From assembly GCA_963819985.1 (NCBI GenBank), contig CAWFYH010000004.1:466713-530712 (forward strand): a DNA stretch of 64,000 nucleotides, in the 5' to 3' direction. This DNA comes from an uncultured Actinomycetota bacterium (GTDB lineage Bacteria > Actinomycetota > Actinomycetes > DATJPE01). The position numbers and the translations under genes were made by a program. Position 1 is the first letter of the stretch, and each line of letters opens with the position of its first letter. This document shows positions 17,714-26,430 of this stretch, in pieces. A model generated the notes under the pieces. That model was not told the DNA's origin. It saw nothing but the letters and a program-made list of their open reading frames with translations, and ran no database searches.

Positions 17714-18505
17714 GTGCTCGTGATCAGCGTGGTCAGCCTCAAGGGTGGGGTGGGCAAGACCAGCGTGGTCCTCGGCCTGGCGGGTGCAGCCTGGGAGCGC
17801 GGCCTACGGACGCTCGTCGTGGACCTTGACCCCCAGGGCAACGCCTCCACCGTGCTGGACCCTCCAGAGGTCCGTTTCTCCGCCTCGGATGTGCTGTCTG
17901 ACCCGGGCTCCGGTTTGCTCACCCACGCCATCTCCCGCAGCGGTTGGGGGGAGTCCGTCGATGTGGTTGCCGCCGACAGCTTGCTCGAGCGGCACAACCT
18001 GTTCACGGGGCGCGCCTCCGGGCTTCAGCTTCGCGTTGCGCTCAACGGCCTCAGCGGTTACGACCTGGTGCTGATCGATGCACCGCCCTCGCTCGGTGGC
18101 CTGACTCGCAACGCGCTCGCCGCCTCTCACTACGCGCTCGTCGTGGCCGAGCCTTCGTTGTTCGCCTTGCAGGGCACTCAGTCGGCGCTCGAGGCGATCG
18201 ACATCGTCCAGGCCGACAATCTGCGTCTGCAGACGGCGGGGATCGTCGTCAACAAGCTGCGCGCGCAGTCGACCGAACACCGCTTCCGAATCGAAGAGCT
18301 CCGAGCCGCCTACGGCCTACTCGTGCTGGAACCATTGATTCCGGACCGAACGGCCATCCAGCAGGCTGAAGGGGCGTGTGTACCCGTCCAGGCCTGGCGG
18401 TCCCCCGGCGCACGCGAGGTCGGCGACGCGTTCGACGATCTGCTGGACAAATTGCTCGCACTGCGCGTCGCTGACGGCCCCCTTGCTTCGAGGAAGCACG
18501 CATGA
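17714..18505 (+). CDS. orphan ParA/MinD-family P-loop ATPase
   Basis: GTG 17714 after the photolyase stop. Deviant Walker A KGGVGKTS, then DLDPQGN, a Walker B-like region and an A-prime motif. Stop overlaps the next ORF (ATGA). Confidence 0.8.
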   Translation: MLVISVVSLKGGVGKTSVVLGLAGAAWERGLRTLVVDLDPQGNASTVLDPPEVRFSASDVLSDPGSGLLTHAISRSGWGESVDVVAADSLLERHNLFTGRASGLQLRVALNGLSGYDLVLIDAPPSLGGLTRNALAASHYALVVAEPSLFALQGTQSALEAIDIVQADNLRLQTAGIVVNKLRAQSTEHRFRIEELRAAYGLLVLEPLIPDRTAIQQAEGACVPVQAWRSPGAREVGDAFDDLLDKLLALRVADGPLASRKHA

Positions 18506-18978
18506 ACGCTGTCAACCCGCGCCCGGTCACCAACAGCCGAAACCCCGGACCCCGACCCGCGCTTCGCCGCGAAGGGGGTGAGCCGGATGGCGCCCTGGCG
18601 GTGGCCCGACCCGGGAGCGGAGCAGCCGGCGAGGAGGCCAGCCCGCAAGAACGCCGGATCAGGATTGCTCCGACGCCGGGTCAACGACGGCCCCATGACT
18701 CCGACCCATCCGCTGGCAGCCGCCCGGCGGAGGGCGAGGGGAAGGTCAAGGGAACGAAGAAGAACGCGAAGAAGGAGAAGCGCAGCAAGAAGGACAAGAA
18801 GAAGGGCAAGAAGAAGGAGAACCTCAGTGGTCTGCCATTGAGTGACGTGGTTCCCCCGGAGCTGACCGTCGCCTTGCCGAAGCCCCTACGCCGGGCACTG
18901 GCCGAGGCAGCGACCCAGCGTGACGTAGCGCCTGAGCTCCTGGTGGCTCAAGTTCTCTCGGAGTGGCTCGACCACTGA
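18502..18978 (+). CDS. lysine-rich disordered protein with a C-terminal ribbon-helix-helix (CopG/ParG-like) DNA-binding domain
   Basis: 158 aa. Central KVKGTKKNAKKEKRSKKDKKKGKKK tract. C-terminal LTVALPKPLRRALAEAATQRDVAPELLVAQVLSEWL fits a beta-alpha-alpha RHH fold. Translationally coupled to the ParA-like gene. Confidence 0.55.
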   Translation: MNAVNPRPVTNSRNPGPRPALRREGGEPDGALAVARPGSGAAGEEASPQERRIRIAPTPGQRRPHDSDPSAGSRPAEGEGKVKGTKKNAKKEKRSKKDKKKGKKKENLSGLPLSDVVPPELTVALPKPLRRALAEAATQRDVAPELLVAQVLSEWLDH

Positions 18979-18997
18979 CGCGTGGCGGGCACCCCCC

Positions 18998-19062
18998 ACA
19001 AGTCGAACTGTTCGATTTGCGGGTGCCCTGACCCACGAAAGTCAAACTGTTCGACTTACCGG
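18998..19062. repeat. two ~25-bp direct repeats, each containing a 13-15-bp palindrome (TCGAACTGTTCGA; GTCAAACTGTTCGAC)
   Basis: aagtcgaactgttcgatttgcggg at 18999-19023 and aagtcaaactgttcgacttaccgg at 19038-19062 (palindrome centres ~39 bp apart). They start ~20 bp after the RHH gene stop and ~120 bp upstream of the M15 peptidase gene. Confidence 0.6.
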
Positions 19063-19181
19063 ATGGGTACGGGGCGACTTATGGGGCGGGTACGGCTCCG
19101 CCCCGGGCGGCGCGACACGCGGAAGCAGCGCGATCCCAGCCGAGGCTTGACTCGCGGCTGCGGATCACCGAAGCATGAAGG

Positions 19182-19946
19182 GTGAGCAGTATCCCCGGCT
19201 CGAGGGCCGACTTGAGTCGCGTGGGCCGCGTCGCCATAGTCGCTGCTGCGTCGCTGGTGCTGGTGCTGGTCGGTCCCCAAGGTGCTTCTAGCGCGGCCTC
19301 GGGAGACGGCGAACGGTTCCCGGGAACGGCGCTGACGGTCATCGACCCCATGCCACCGAAGGCGGGGGTGAGCGTTTCCGGACCGCTGACGAGAGCAGAC
19401 GTGCCGTACTCCTATCGGCCCGGTTGTCCCGTGTCGCCGTCCCAGTTGCGGCGCGTCTCGGTGCTGCACGTGGCCTACGACGGCCGGATCGAACGCGGCT
19501 CGGTGATCGTGCGCAAGGACGCCGTGAACGATGTCAGTCATGTGTTCTCAGCGGCTTTCGAGGCGGAATTCCCGATCTTTCGAATGACCCCGGTCGACAC
19601 TTTCTACCGCAAGGGGAAGGTGTCGCCGTCGCGCTCCGACATCCGTGCGATGGAGGCGAACAACACCTCAGCCTTCAACTGCCGACCAGTGACCGGCAAC
19701 CCATACCGCTTGTCGACACACTCGGTCGGGATCGCGATCGACATCAACCCGCGGCAGAATCCGTACGTGACCAGCAGCCGGGTCTATCCAGACGGATCCC
19801 GCACCTTCCTCGACCGAGGCGACAAGCGCAAGGGGATGATCGTCAGAGGCGGAGTCATTGCCCAGGCGATGTCGTCGCGCGGCTGGCCATGGGGGGCTCG
19901 CTGGTCGCACCCCGACTATCAACATTTCTCTGCCAACGGCGGATGA
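19182..19946 (+). CDS. secreted M15-family (VanY / D,D-carboxypeptidase-like) zinc peptidase
   Basis: GTG start with a GAAGGG RBS, followed by a signal peptide. The SHSVGIAIDINP and WGARWSHPDYQHF motifs are typical of M15 peptidases. Confidence 0.7.
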   Translation: MSSIPGSRADLSRVGRVAIVAAASLVLVLVGPQGASSAASGDGERFPGTALTVIDPMPPKAGVSVSGPLTRADVPYSYRPGCPVSPSQLRRVSVLHVAYDGRIERGSVIVRKDAVNDVSHVFSAAFEAEFPIFRMTPVDTFYRKGKVSPSRSDIRAMEANNTSAFNCRPVTGNPYRLSTHSVGIAIDINPRQNPYVTSSRVYPDGSRTFLDRGDKRKGMIVRGGVIAQAMSSRGWPWGARWSHPDYQHFSANGG

Positions 19947-20722
19947 CGGGCGCGTCCGGCTCGGGATCGCGGGCTTCAGTACGCATGTCGCGACGTGTCG
20001 GCCTTGGGACGGCGCTGGTCTTCGGGATTGCCCTAACTGGAGTTCTCGTGGTCCTCGCTGCACGCCATCCGGAACAGCCGTCCACCAGTCCATCGGTTCC
20101 GGCAACACCCCCAACCAGCACCAGATCTCCCACGGTAGAACCGTCAGAAGCTGAGCCAACCCCATCACCTACCGACTCTGATCCAGCCGTCAGGGTGAGC
20201 AACCCGCGAAGGATCATGGGTCCCGATTGGGAACGAGACGGACCCGCTCACGACACCCGCGACGTGGATGAGGTGTTGACGTTGGCCGTCCCCCTGGGGT
20301 GTGTGCAACGTTCGTCCCTCCCCGAGCCGACGCGTGTCGTTGAGGACACGTTCGTCCACCGTGCGTCGTCCGTGCCCGCAGTCATGCTCCGCATGGACTT
20401 CAACACCGCGAAGGCAGCTCGACAGTTCCTGGAGCTGCGACTTGCTGATCTGCGTGCGTGCGCAGGGCAGTCCGAAGACCCCTACTCCGGCGCCCCAGCA
20501 CCCGTCACTGCCATCACCGACACAACTGTGGGGATCACGGCGACGGAGCGCACCGAGCCGTTCGCGGCGCCCAAGAAGGCCACGTGGACCGAGCTGTTCC
20601 ACGCCGACGGGAGCCGCATCTACGGGCTTGCGGTCAACGTGAGGGAAGCACGCGCGGCGACCGTCGGGCTCGAGGGGCTCGCGGCTCGGCTGGCCGCCGT
20701 ACAACGGATTGGATCCTCGTGA
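19943..20722 (+). CDS. hypothetical membrane-anchored protein with a Pro/Thr/Ser-rich linker
   Basis: ATG 19943 overlaps the peptidase stop (ATGA). N-terminal TM helix (LGTALVFGIALTGVLVVLAA), a PSTSPSVPATPPTSTRSPTVEPSEAEPTPSPT linker, and a C-terminal globular domain of unknown family. Confidence 0.5.
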   Translation: MTGASGSGSRASVRMSRRVGLGTALVFGIALTGVLVVLAARHPEQPSTSPSVPATPPTSTRSPTVEPSEAEPTPSPTDSDPAVRVSNPRRIMGPDWERDGPAHDTRDVDEVLTLAVPLGCVQRSSLPEPTRVVEDTFVHRASSVPAVMLRMDFNTAKAARQFLELRLADLRACAGQSEDPYSGAPAPVTAITDTTVGITATERTEPFAAPKKATWTELFHADGSRIYGLAVNVREARAATVGLEGLAARLAAVQRIGSS

Positions 20723-20817
20723 CTAGTTCCCACTTCGGCGAGTGGTTACGAACGGGTCGATCTTGGCCTCTCGATTGACCCGTTCGATGCCACTCGTCAC
20801 CGGAGGAGGCGAGGAAG

Positions 20818-21003
20818 CTAGGCCACCGGAGGCAGCAGGTTGACGAACCAGAGCTTGCAGCCGTGGCCCACGCGATAGATGGCCGAGTAGCCGTCCTTCA
20901 CGGCTAGCTCGAGCTCTTCATTCAGCTGTAGGCGGCGCTCCACGGTGTACGCCCAGCCCTCCAGCGGCCCGTCCCCAGCGGTGTACGCAACGCGCATCGG
21001 CAC
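20818..21003 (-). CDS. hypothetical small protein (61 aa)
   Basis: Protein-like ORF (MPMRVAYTAGDGPLEGWAYTVERRL...) directly downstream of pdxH on the same strand. No family recognised. Confidence 0.3.
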   Translation of the reverse strand: MPMRVAYTAGDGPLEGWAYTVERRLQLNEELELAVKDGYSAIYRVGHGCKLWFVNLLPPVA

Positions 21004-21087
21004 AGCCTCCAGACGCTCCTGAAAACAGGGACTTCGGCTCCGGGAATGCCGGTCTTGAGCGTGCAGCAGAACGGATTCGACGCCTCC

Positions 21088-21768
21088 CTAGGGAGCGAGC
21101 CGTTCGACCCTCCACGGCTGGTCCGCAGACTCCCGGGTGAAGCGCAGCCGGTCGTGCAACCGGTCGCGGCGCCCCTGCCAGAACTCCACTGTCTGGGGGA
21201 TAACCCGCAGCCCGCCCCAACCCGCCGGCAATGGGACCGAGTCTGCGTCGGGAAAGCGAGCCTGGGCTTCCTTCCACCGGTTATCGAGGTCTTCTCGAGA
21301 GCCCACGACCTGCGACTGGGGGCTCGCCCAGCTGCCGAGCCGCGACCCGTACGGTCTCGAGCGCCAGTAGGACTCGGTCTCCTCCCGGCTCACATCCTGG
21401 ACGTCCCCGACCACCAAAACCTGCCGCTCGAGCAGGTACCACGGGAAGACGAGGGAGACCCTGGGGTTATCGGCGATCTCCTGGCCCTTGCGCGAGCCGA
21501 GATTGGTGAAGAAGACGAAACCACGTTCGTCGTAGCCCTTGAGCAGCACCGTGCGCGCGCTCGGCCGACCATCGGCGGACGCAGTCGCCACGACCATCGC
21601 GTTGGGCTCGACAACTCCCTCTTCCAGGGCGGTCGCCAGCCAGCGTTCGAACTGCAACCACGGGTCTGCAGCGAGGTCCTGCTCGCTCAAACCAGCGGAG
21701 CCGTACGCCTGCCGCAATGCCTGAACGTCCACGTGACGTTGACTGCTGGAACTGCTCTCGGGACCCAC
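21088..21768 (-). CDS. pdxH: pyridoxamine 5-prime-phosphate oxidase
   Basis: 226 aa. C-terminal RLEFWQGR-type motif (VEFWQGRRDRLHDRLRF) and the FMN-binding region typical of PdxH. Confidence 0.85.
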   Translation of the reverse strand: MGPESSSSSQRHVDVQALRQAYGSAGLSEQDLAADPWLQFERWLATALEEGVVEPNAMVVATASADGRPSARTVLLKGYDERGFVFFTNLGSRKGQEIADNPRVSLVFPWYLLERQVLVVGDVQDVSREETESYWRSRPYGSRLGSWASPQSQVVGSREDLDNRWKEAQARFPDADSVPLPAGWGGLRVIPQTVEFWQGRRDRLHDRLRFTRESADQPWRVERLAP

Positions 21769-21900
21769 CCGTCCAGCGTGGCATACGTCATATGCGGTTG
21801 AATCGGAGCCACGCGGGTCCCTTCAGGGTGCCCTCAGACAGTGACGCCACGTACCGTGGGCGACCCCTAGGTCCGTGGCGCAGCAATGAGGAGACGACGC

Positions 21901-23037
21901 ATGTCAGATTTCGTACCCGGGCTCGAGGGCATCATCGCCTTCGAGACCGAGATCGCCGAACCTGACCGCGACGGTGGCTCCCTGCGGTATCGCGGCGTGG
22001 ACATCGAAGACTTGGTCGGCCGGGTTTCCTACGGGCAAGTATGGGGCCTGTTGGTCGACAACGAGTTCAACCCAGGCCTGCCACCCGCCGAGCCGTTCCC
22101 GATCCCGATCCACTCCGGCGACGTACGCGTAGACGTGCAGTCAGCGATCGCGATGCTCGCGCCGGCCTGGGGCCTGAAGCCGCTGCTGGACATCGATCAC
22201 GACGAGGCTCGAGAAAACCTCTCGCACGTGTCCGTGATGGCGCTGTCTTTCGTGGCGCAGTCCGCGCGCGGCCTCGGCGAGCCCATGGTGCCGCAGGCGC
22301 GCATCGACGAGGCCCAAACCATCGTCGAGCGGTTCATGATCCGCTGGCGCGAGGATCCTGACCCCAAGCACGTCGAGGCCGTGGACGCCTACTTCGTCTC
22401 GGCGGCCGAGCACGGAATGAACGCCTCCACCTTCACCTCACGCGTCATCGCCTCCACCGGGGCGGACGTCGCGGCAGCCATCTCCGGGGCCGTGGGTGCC
22501 ATGAGCGGCCCCTTGCACGGTGGAGCACCTTCACGCGTCCTGGGCATGATCGAGGAGATCGAGCGCCGCGGGGACGCCACCAGCTATGTCAAGGAGCTGC
22601 TCGACCGAGGCGACCGGCTGATGGGTTTCGGTCACCGGGTGTACCGCGCTGAAGACCCGCGCGCCCGCGTGCTGCGACGTACGGCGAAGCTGCTGGGCGC
22701 CCCCCGCTACGAGGTCGCCGAAGCCTTGGAAAAGGCCGCGCTCGAGGAGCTGCGCGCACGTCGCCCCGACCGAGTGCTCGAGACCAACGTCGAGTTCTGG
22801 GCGGCGATCGTGCTGGACTTCGCAGAGGTGCCTGCTCACTTGTTCACCTCGATGTTTACCTGCGCCCGGCTCGCCGGCTGGAGCGCGCACATCCTCGAGC
22901 AGAAGGAGACCGGGCGCCTGATCCGGCCGTCAGCTCGCTACGTGGGACCAGCACCCCGCAAGCCCGAAGAGGTCCCCGGCTGGGACCCCGTCATGGTTGC
23001 GCCATCCGGCTACACCCTCGCGCCAAGAACCACCTAG
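21901..23037 (+). CDS. citrate synthase (type II, CitA-like)
   Basis: Starts MSDFVPGLEGIIAFETEIAEPD. Citrate synthase active-site region (GFGHRVY, HG..G.PS). ~379 aa, resembling the mycobacterial CitA paralogue. Confidence 0.85.
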   Translation: MSDFVPGLEGIIAFETEIAEPDRDGGSLRYRGVDIEDLVGRVSYGQVWGLLVDNEFNPGLPPAEPFPIPIHSGDVRVDVQSAIAMLAPAWGLKPLLDIDHDEARENLSHVSVMALSFVAQSARGLGEPMVPQARIDEAQTIVERFMIRWREDPDPKHVEAVDAYFVSAAEHGMNASTFTSRVIASTGADVAAAISGAVGAMSGPLHGGAPSRVLGMIEEIERRGDATSYVKELLDRGDRLMGFGHRVYRAEDPRARVLRRTAKLLGAPRYEVAEALEKAALEELRARRPDRVLETNVEFWAAIVLDFAEVPAHLFTSMFTCARLAGWSAHILEQKETGRLIRPSARYVGPAPRKPEEVPGWDPVMVAPSGYTLAPRTT

Positions 23038-23216
23038 TTCAGCCGGCCACTCAAGGGGGCTGGCCGTGCGGTTGCCCGCGACCTGTGAGCCCTCACACGA
23101 GGGAATCGGAAGTGGGATTGGCTTTGTGGTACTAGTGCCATCGTCCCATGGCGTCAGGCACCACCCGGCGTGGGTAATGGGGGCAGTGGACCATCGACTG
23201 ACCCGAGGAGCACCCC

Positions 23217-23591
23217 ATGAAGCGCCTGCTCGCCTTCAGCGTCCTCGCCGCAGCAGCCGTCGTGCCTGCCGTGGTTGGGCTCGCCGGAAACGCATCCTTC
23301 GCGGAGACAGTCCCGGTGCGCGTCCCAGCGCAGGCCCAAGTCGAGGATGACCCCGGTAGCAAGTCAGCCCACCTCGAACCCGGCGATGACGGAGACGACT
23401 CCAGGCACCACGAAGACGACTCCAGACACCACGAAGACGACTCCAGACACCACGAAGACGACTCCAGACACCACGAAGACGGCGACTCCAGACACAATGG
23501 GGACGACTCCAGACACAGCGAAGGCGACGACTCCAAACACCACGAAGACGACGACTCCAGACACAGTGGGGAGGGCTCAGGCCACTCGTGA
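23217..23591 (+). CDS. secreted His/Asp-rich tandem-repeat protein
   Basis: GAGGAG RBS. Signal peptide MKRLLAFSVLAAAAVVPAVVGLAGNASFA. Then about seven copies of the 8-aa unit DDSRHHED (and variants). Stop overlaps the start of the sensor kinase gene. Confidence 0.7.
   Translation: MKRLLAFSVLAAAAVVPAVVGLAGNASFAETVPVRVPAQAQVEDDPGSKSAHLEPGDDGDDSRHHEDDSRHHEDDSRHHEDDSRHHEDGDSRHNGDDSRHSEGDDSKHHEDDDSRHSGEGSGHS
23394..23570 (+). repeat. 24-bp tandem repeat array (~7 copies; gacgactccagacaccacgaagac) inside the His-rich protein gene
   Basis: Head-to-tail 24-nt units visible directly in the sequence, in frame. Copies vary at a few positions (aggcac/agacac, cacgaa/aatggg/agcgaa). Confidence 0.85.
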
Positions 23592-25024
23592 CCGGGATGT
23601 CTGAGAGCACGGGATCCGTAGAGACCCCTTCGGTCTCCTCGGCACTTCCTGCTCCCCCGAACCGGGCCTCCCCATGGGTGGTGGTGACCGACGGCCCCGG
23701 CCGCCCGGCACTGGCCCATCAGCCCGTGCGGATGCGCAGAATCTTCATTCAGGTCATCGCGGCTGCGGCCGTGGTCTTCGTGGCCGTGGCTGTGGTGGGG
23801 GTCTTCGCAAGCCGTCGCGTGGCGGAACGACAGTCGGTGAATGCTGCCGCCCAGACGACTGACCTGCTTGCCGACTCAGTCGTTCAGCCGGCGATTGAGG
23901 ACGGCCTGCTGACCGGTTCGGCGGCCGCGCTCGACAGGCTCGACCAAGCGGTCCGCTCGTCCGTACTCGGCTCGAGAGTGGTGAGGGTCAAAGTCTGGAC
24001 CCCGGAGGGGCAGATCATCTACTCCGATGAGCCAAGGATCGTCGGCGAAACCTTCGACCTCGGGGAGGAGGAACGCTCGGTTCTGGAGAGACCGACGACG
24101 CACGCCGAGGTCAGCGATCTCACCCGCCCGGAGAACCGCTACGAAACGGGGGGAGGCAAGCTCCTCGAGGTCTACCGGCCGATCTGGACGCCGAGCGGGC
24201 AGCCGCTCTTGTTCGAGACATACATGCCCTACGACTCGGTAACGACAAGGACCGGTGAGCTGTGGCGCGGGTTCGCCGGGATCACCCTGGCCAGCCTGCT
24301 GCTCCTGATCGCGCTCATGTTGCCCATTCTGTGGCGGCTACTGGACCAGGTGAACAAGGCCCGAGATCAGCAGGTGGCGCTACTCGAGCATGCCGTCGAC
24401 GCATCCTCCGACGAGAGGAGGCGCATCGCGGCGACCCTTCACGACGGCGTTGTCCAGGAGTTGGCGGCGGCGTCCTTCGCGGTGTCCGGGGCTGCAGAGC
24501 GAGCCACAACGGACGGCAGACGGGACCTTGCAGATGTGCTGACAGGCGCGGCGGCCGCTGTCCGAGGGACTATCGGAGGATTGCGCTCACTCCTTGTCGA
24601 TATCTACCCGCCGAGTCTGCGCACGGCTGGCCTGGTCGCGGCGTTGACCGACCTCGCAGGCACTGTGCAGACCCGGGACATCGACGTCCACCTGGACCTC
24701 CCTGCGGACAATATGACCGGACTTGATGAGGCGCAGGAGCGCCTCGTGTTCCGGGTCGCACAGGAGGCGTTGAGAAACACGGCGAGCCACGCGGCAGCAG
24801 CTCGCGTCGACCTGGCGCTCGTCGTAGCCGGGCACAGAGTGCTGCTCTCAGTGTGCGACGACGGCGTGGGCTTCGACGTCAACGCCGCCCTCCGCAGTCC
24901 GCCCCAAGGCCACCTGGGATTGAGGGTCATGAGGGACCTCGCCGCACAGTCCGGTGCCCGTCTGGAAGTTTCTTCAGCGCCAGGAGCAGGCACCTGTTGG
25001 AAGCTGACGATTCCCCGCCGATGA
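23588..25024 (+). CDS. two-component sensor histidine kinase, NarL/DesK-type (HisKA_3 + HATPase) with a periplasmic sensor domain between two TM helices
   Basis: TM1 ~aa 55-75, extracytoplasmic ~150-aa domain, TM2 ~aa 235-255. H-box ERRRIAATLHDGVVQEL and an ATPase domain (GLRVMRDLAAQSGARLEVSSAPGAGT). Overlaps the upstream and downstream genes by 4 nt each. Confidence 0.85.
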   Translation: MTGMSESTGSVETPSVSSALPAPPNRASPWVVVTDGPGRPALAHQPVRMRRIFIQVIAAAAVVFVAVAVVGVFASRRVAERQSVNAAAQTTDLLADSVVQPAIEDGLLTGSAAALDRLDQAVRSSVLGSRVVRVKVWTPEGQIIYSDEPRIVGETFDLGEEERSVLERPTTHAEVSDLTRPENRYETGGGKLLEVYRPIWTPSGQPLLFETYMPYDSVTTRTGELWRGFAGITLASLLLLIALMLPILWRLLDQVNKARDQQVALLEHAVDASSDERRRIAATLHDGVVQELAAASFAVSGAAERATTDGRRDLADVLTGAAAAVRGTIGGLRSLLVDIYPPSLRTAGLVAALTDLAGTVQTRDIDVHLDLPADNMTGLDEAQERLVFRVAQEALRNTASHAAAARVDLALVVAGHRVLLSVCDDGVGFDVNAALRSPPQGHLGLRVMRDLAAQSGARLEVSSAPGAGTCWKLTIPRR

Positions 25025-25656
25025 TCACCATCCTGCTCGCCGACGACCACAGCCTGGTACGCGCCGGGCTCGCTGCACTGCTGGACGGCACCGATGACCT
25101 TCGGGTTGTCGGACAGGCGGAGAACGGTCGACGTGCCGTGGAACTCTCCAGTGACCTCAGACCAGACGTCGTCTTGATGGATCTGTCCATGCCGGTCATG
25201 GACGGAGTCGAGGCGACCAGAGAACTGCTCCGGACCCAGCCGGACAGCATCGTTGTCGTGCTCACCTCCTTCTCGGACCATCAGCGGGTTGGCGATGCGC
25301 TGCGCGCAGGTGCCGTCGGCTATCTCCTGAAGGACTGCGACCCGGGCGACTTGCTGGCCGCTGTGCGCGCCGCAGCACGGGGCCATGCGCCACTGGACCC
25401 GCGAGTAGCCCGAGCCCTCCTTCCCTCGGCCGACGCCGCATCGCCAGCTGCGGGCATCAGCGCCCGCGAGATGCAGGTCCTTCGTCTTGCCGCGCGCGGA
25501 CTCGCCAACAAGCAGATCGGTCGGTCGCTCGGCATCAGCGAACGCACCGTCAAGGCGCATCTAGGGAAAGTGTTTCGACACATCGGCGTGAGCGACCGGA
25601 CGAGCGCAGCGCTGTGGGCACGCGAGCACCTCCCGCCAGAAAACGAAGGGTCCTGA
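25021..25656 (+). CDS. two-component response regulator, NarL/LuxR family
   Basis: MITILLADDHSLVRAGL... receiver with the phospho-acceptor Asp in VVLMDLSMP, and a C-terminal LuxR HTH (EMQVLRLAARGLANKQIGRSLGISERTVKAHL). Confidence 0.9.
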   Translation: MITILLADDHSLVRAGLAALLDGTDDLRVVGQAENGRRAVELSSDLRPDVVLMDLSMPVMDGVEATRELLRTQPDSIVVVLTSFSDHQRVGDALRAGAVGYLLKDCDPGDLLAAVRAAARGHAPLDPRVARALLPSADAASPAAGISAREMQVLRLAARGLANKQIGRSLGISERTVKAHLGKVFRHIGVSDRTSAALWAREHLPPENEGS

Positions 25657-25886
25657 TGGCGTCGCCTGGTGCGTCACAGACTTCCGACCACCCTGGGTGA
25701 ACCGTCACGCCTTGAGACGACCCTTCACGGTTGTACACCTCACCCGCGCGCGGACCTCTCCAGGCTCGTCCGCTCACGGGTGTCGCACAGTGGTCCTACG
25801 ACCATTGCCCAATGGCGTCCCCGACCCATCTGCCTCGACGCTCATCGATGACAGCAGCAGTTTCGGCCCAAAGAGGGAGCACAACG

Positions 25887-26282
25887 ATGAGCAGGAAGAA
25901 GATCAACGGAATGGTGGTGGCGGTAACGCTCGCAGCGCTGGCCGTACCGATCACGCTTGCCGGCCCAGCGCAGGGCAAGGGTTCCGACGCCGTCAGAGCG
26001 CAGGGCACCTGCTCCAACGGCGCCACCTGGAAACTGAAGGCCAAGCACGATGATGCCCGGATTGAATGGGAGTTCGAGGTCGACACGAACCATTCTGGTC
26101 AGGTCTGGTCGGTAAGGGTCACCGACAACGGGAACAAGGTTTTCGCTGGCCGACGAACCACTCACGGGCCGAGCGGTTCCTTCAGCATCGAACGCCGGAC
26201 GGCTGACCGAGCGGGCATCGACACCGTCAGGGCGACCGCCACCCGCGGAGACGCCATCTGCTCCGCCAAGGTCAAAGTCTGA
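25887..26282 (+). CDS. small secreted protein of unknown function
   Basis: ATG 25887 behind a GAGGGAG RBS. Signal peptide MSRKKINGMVVAVTLAALAVPITLAGPAQG. ~100-aa mature beta-rich domain with two Cys. Confidence 0.55.
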   Translation: MSRKKINGMVVAVTLAALAVPITLAGPAQGKGSDAVRAQGTCSNGATWKLKAKHDDARIEWEFEVDTNHSGQVWSVRVTDNGNKVFAGRRTTHGPSGSFSIERRTADRAGIDTVRATATRGDAICSAKVKV

Positions 26283-26430
26283 CCCCTGTCGAGGGCCGGT
26301 CCTGGCGGGCATCCCTCCGCCAGGAACGGTCTGCAGCCGAGCATGAGCTGAGCAGCTCGACGCTCGTTGAGGAGGCCGAAGTCCAGAACCCCCATTTCCC
26401 GTGCCGTTCCATCCCTACCTTGGAGAATCC

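Noticed and set aside
18998-19062. Possible LexA/SOS boxes (TCGAAC...GTTCGA half-sites).
   Set aside because: The spacer is 1 nt, not the 4 nt of the actinobacterial SOS box (TCGAAC-N4-GTTCGA). No DNA-repair gene follows. Treated instead as binding sites for an unknown (RHH?) regulator.
23132-23719. 195-aa minus-strand ORF with LESSSWC repeats across the His-rich repeat region.
   Set aside because: It is the mirror-frame artefact of the 24-bp repeats. The plus-strand frame has an RBS, a signal peptide and translational coupling to the kinase gene.
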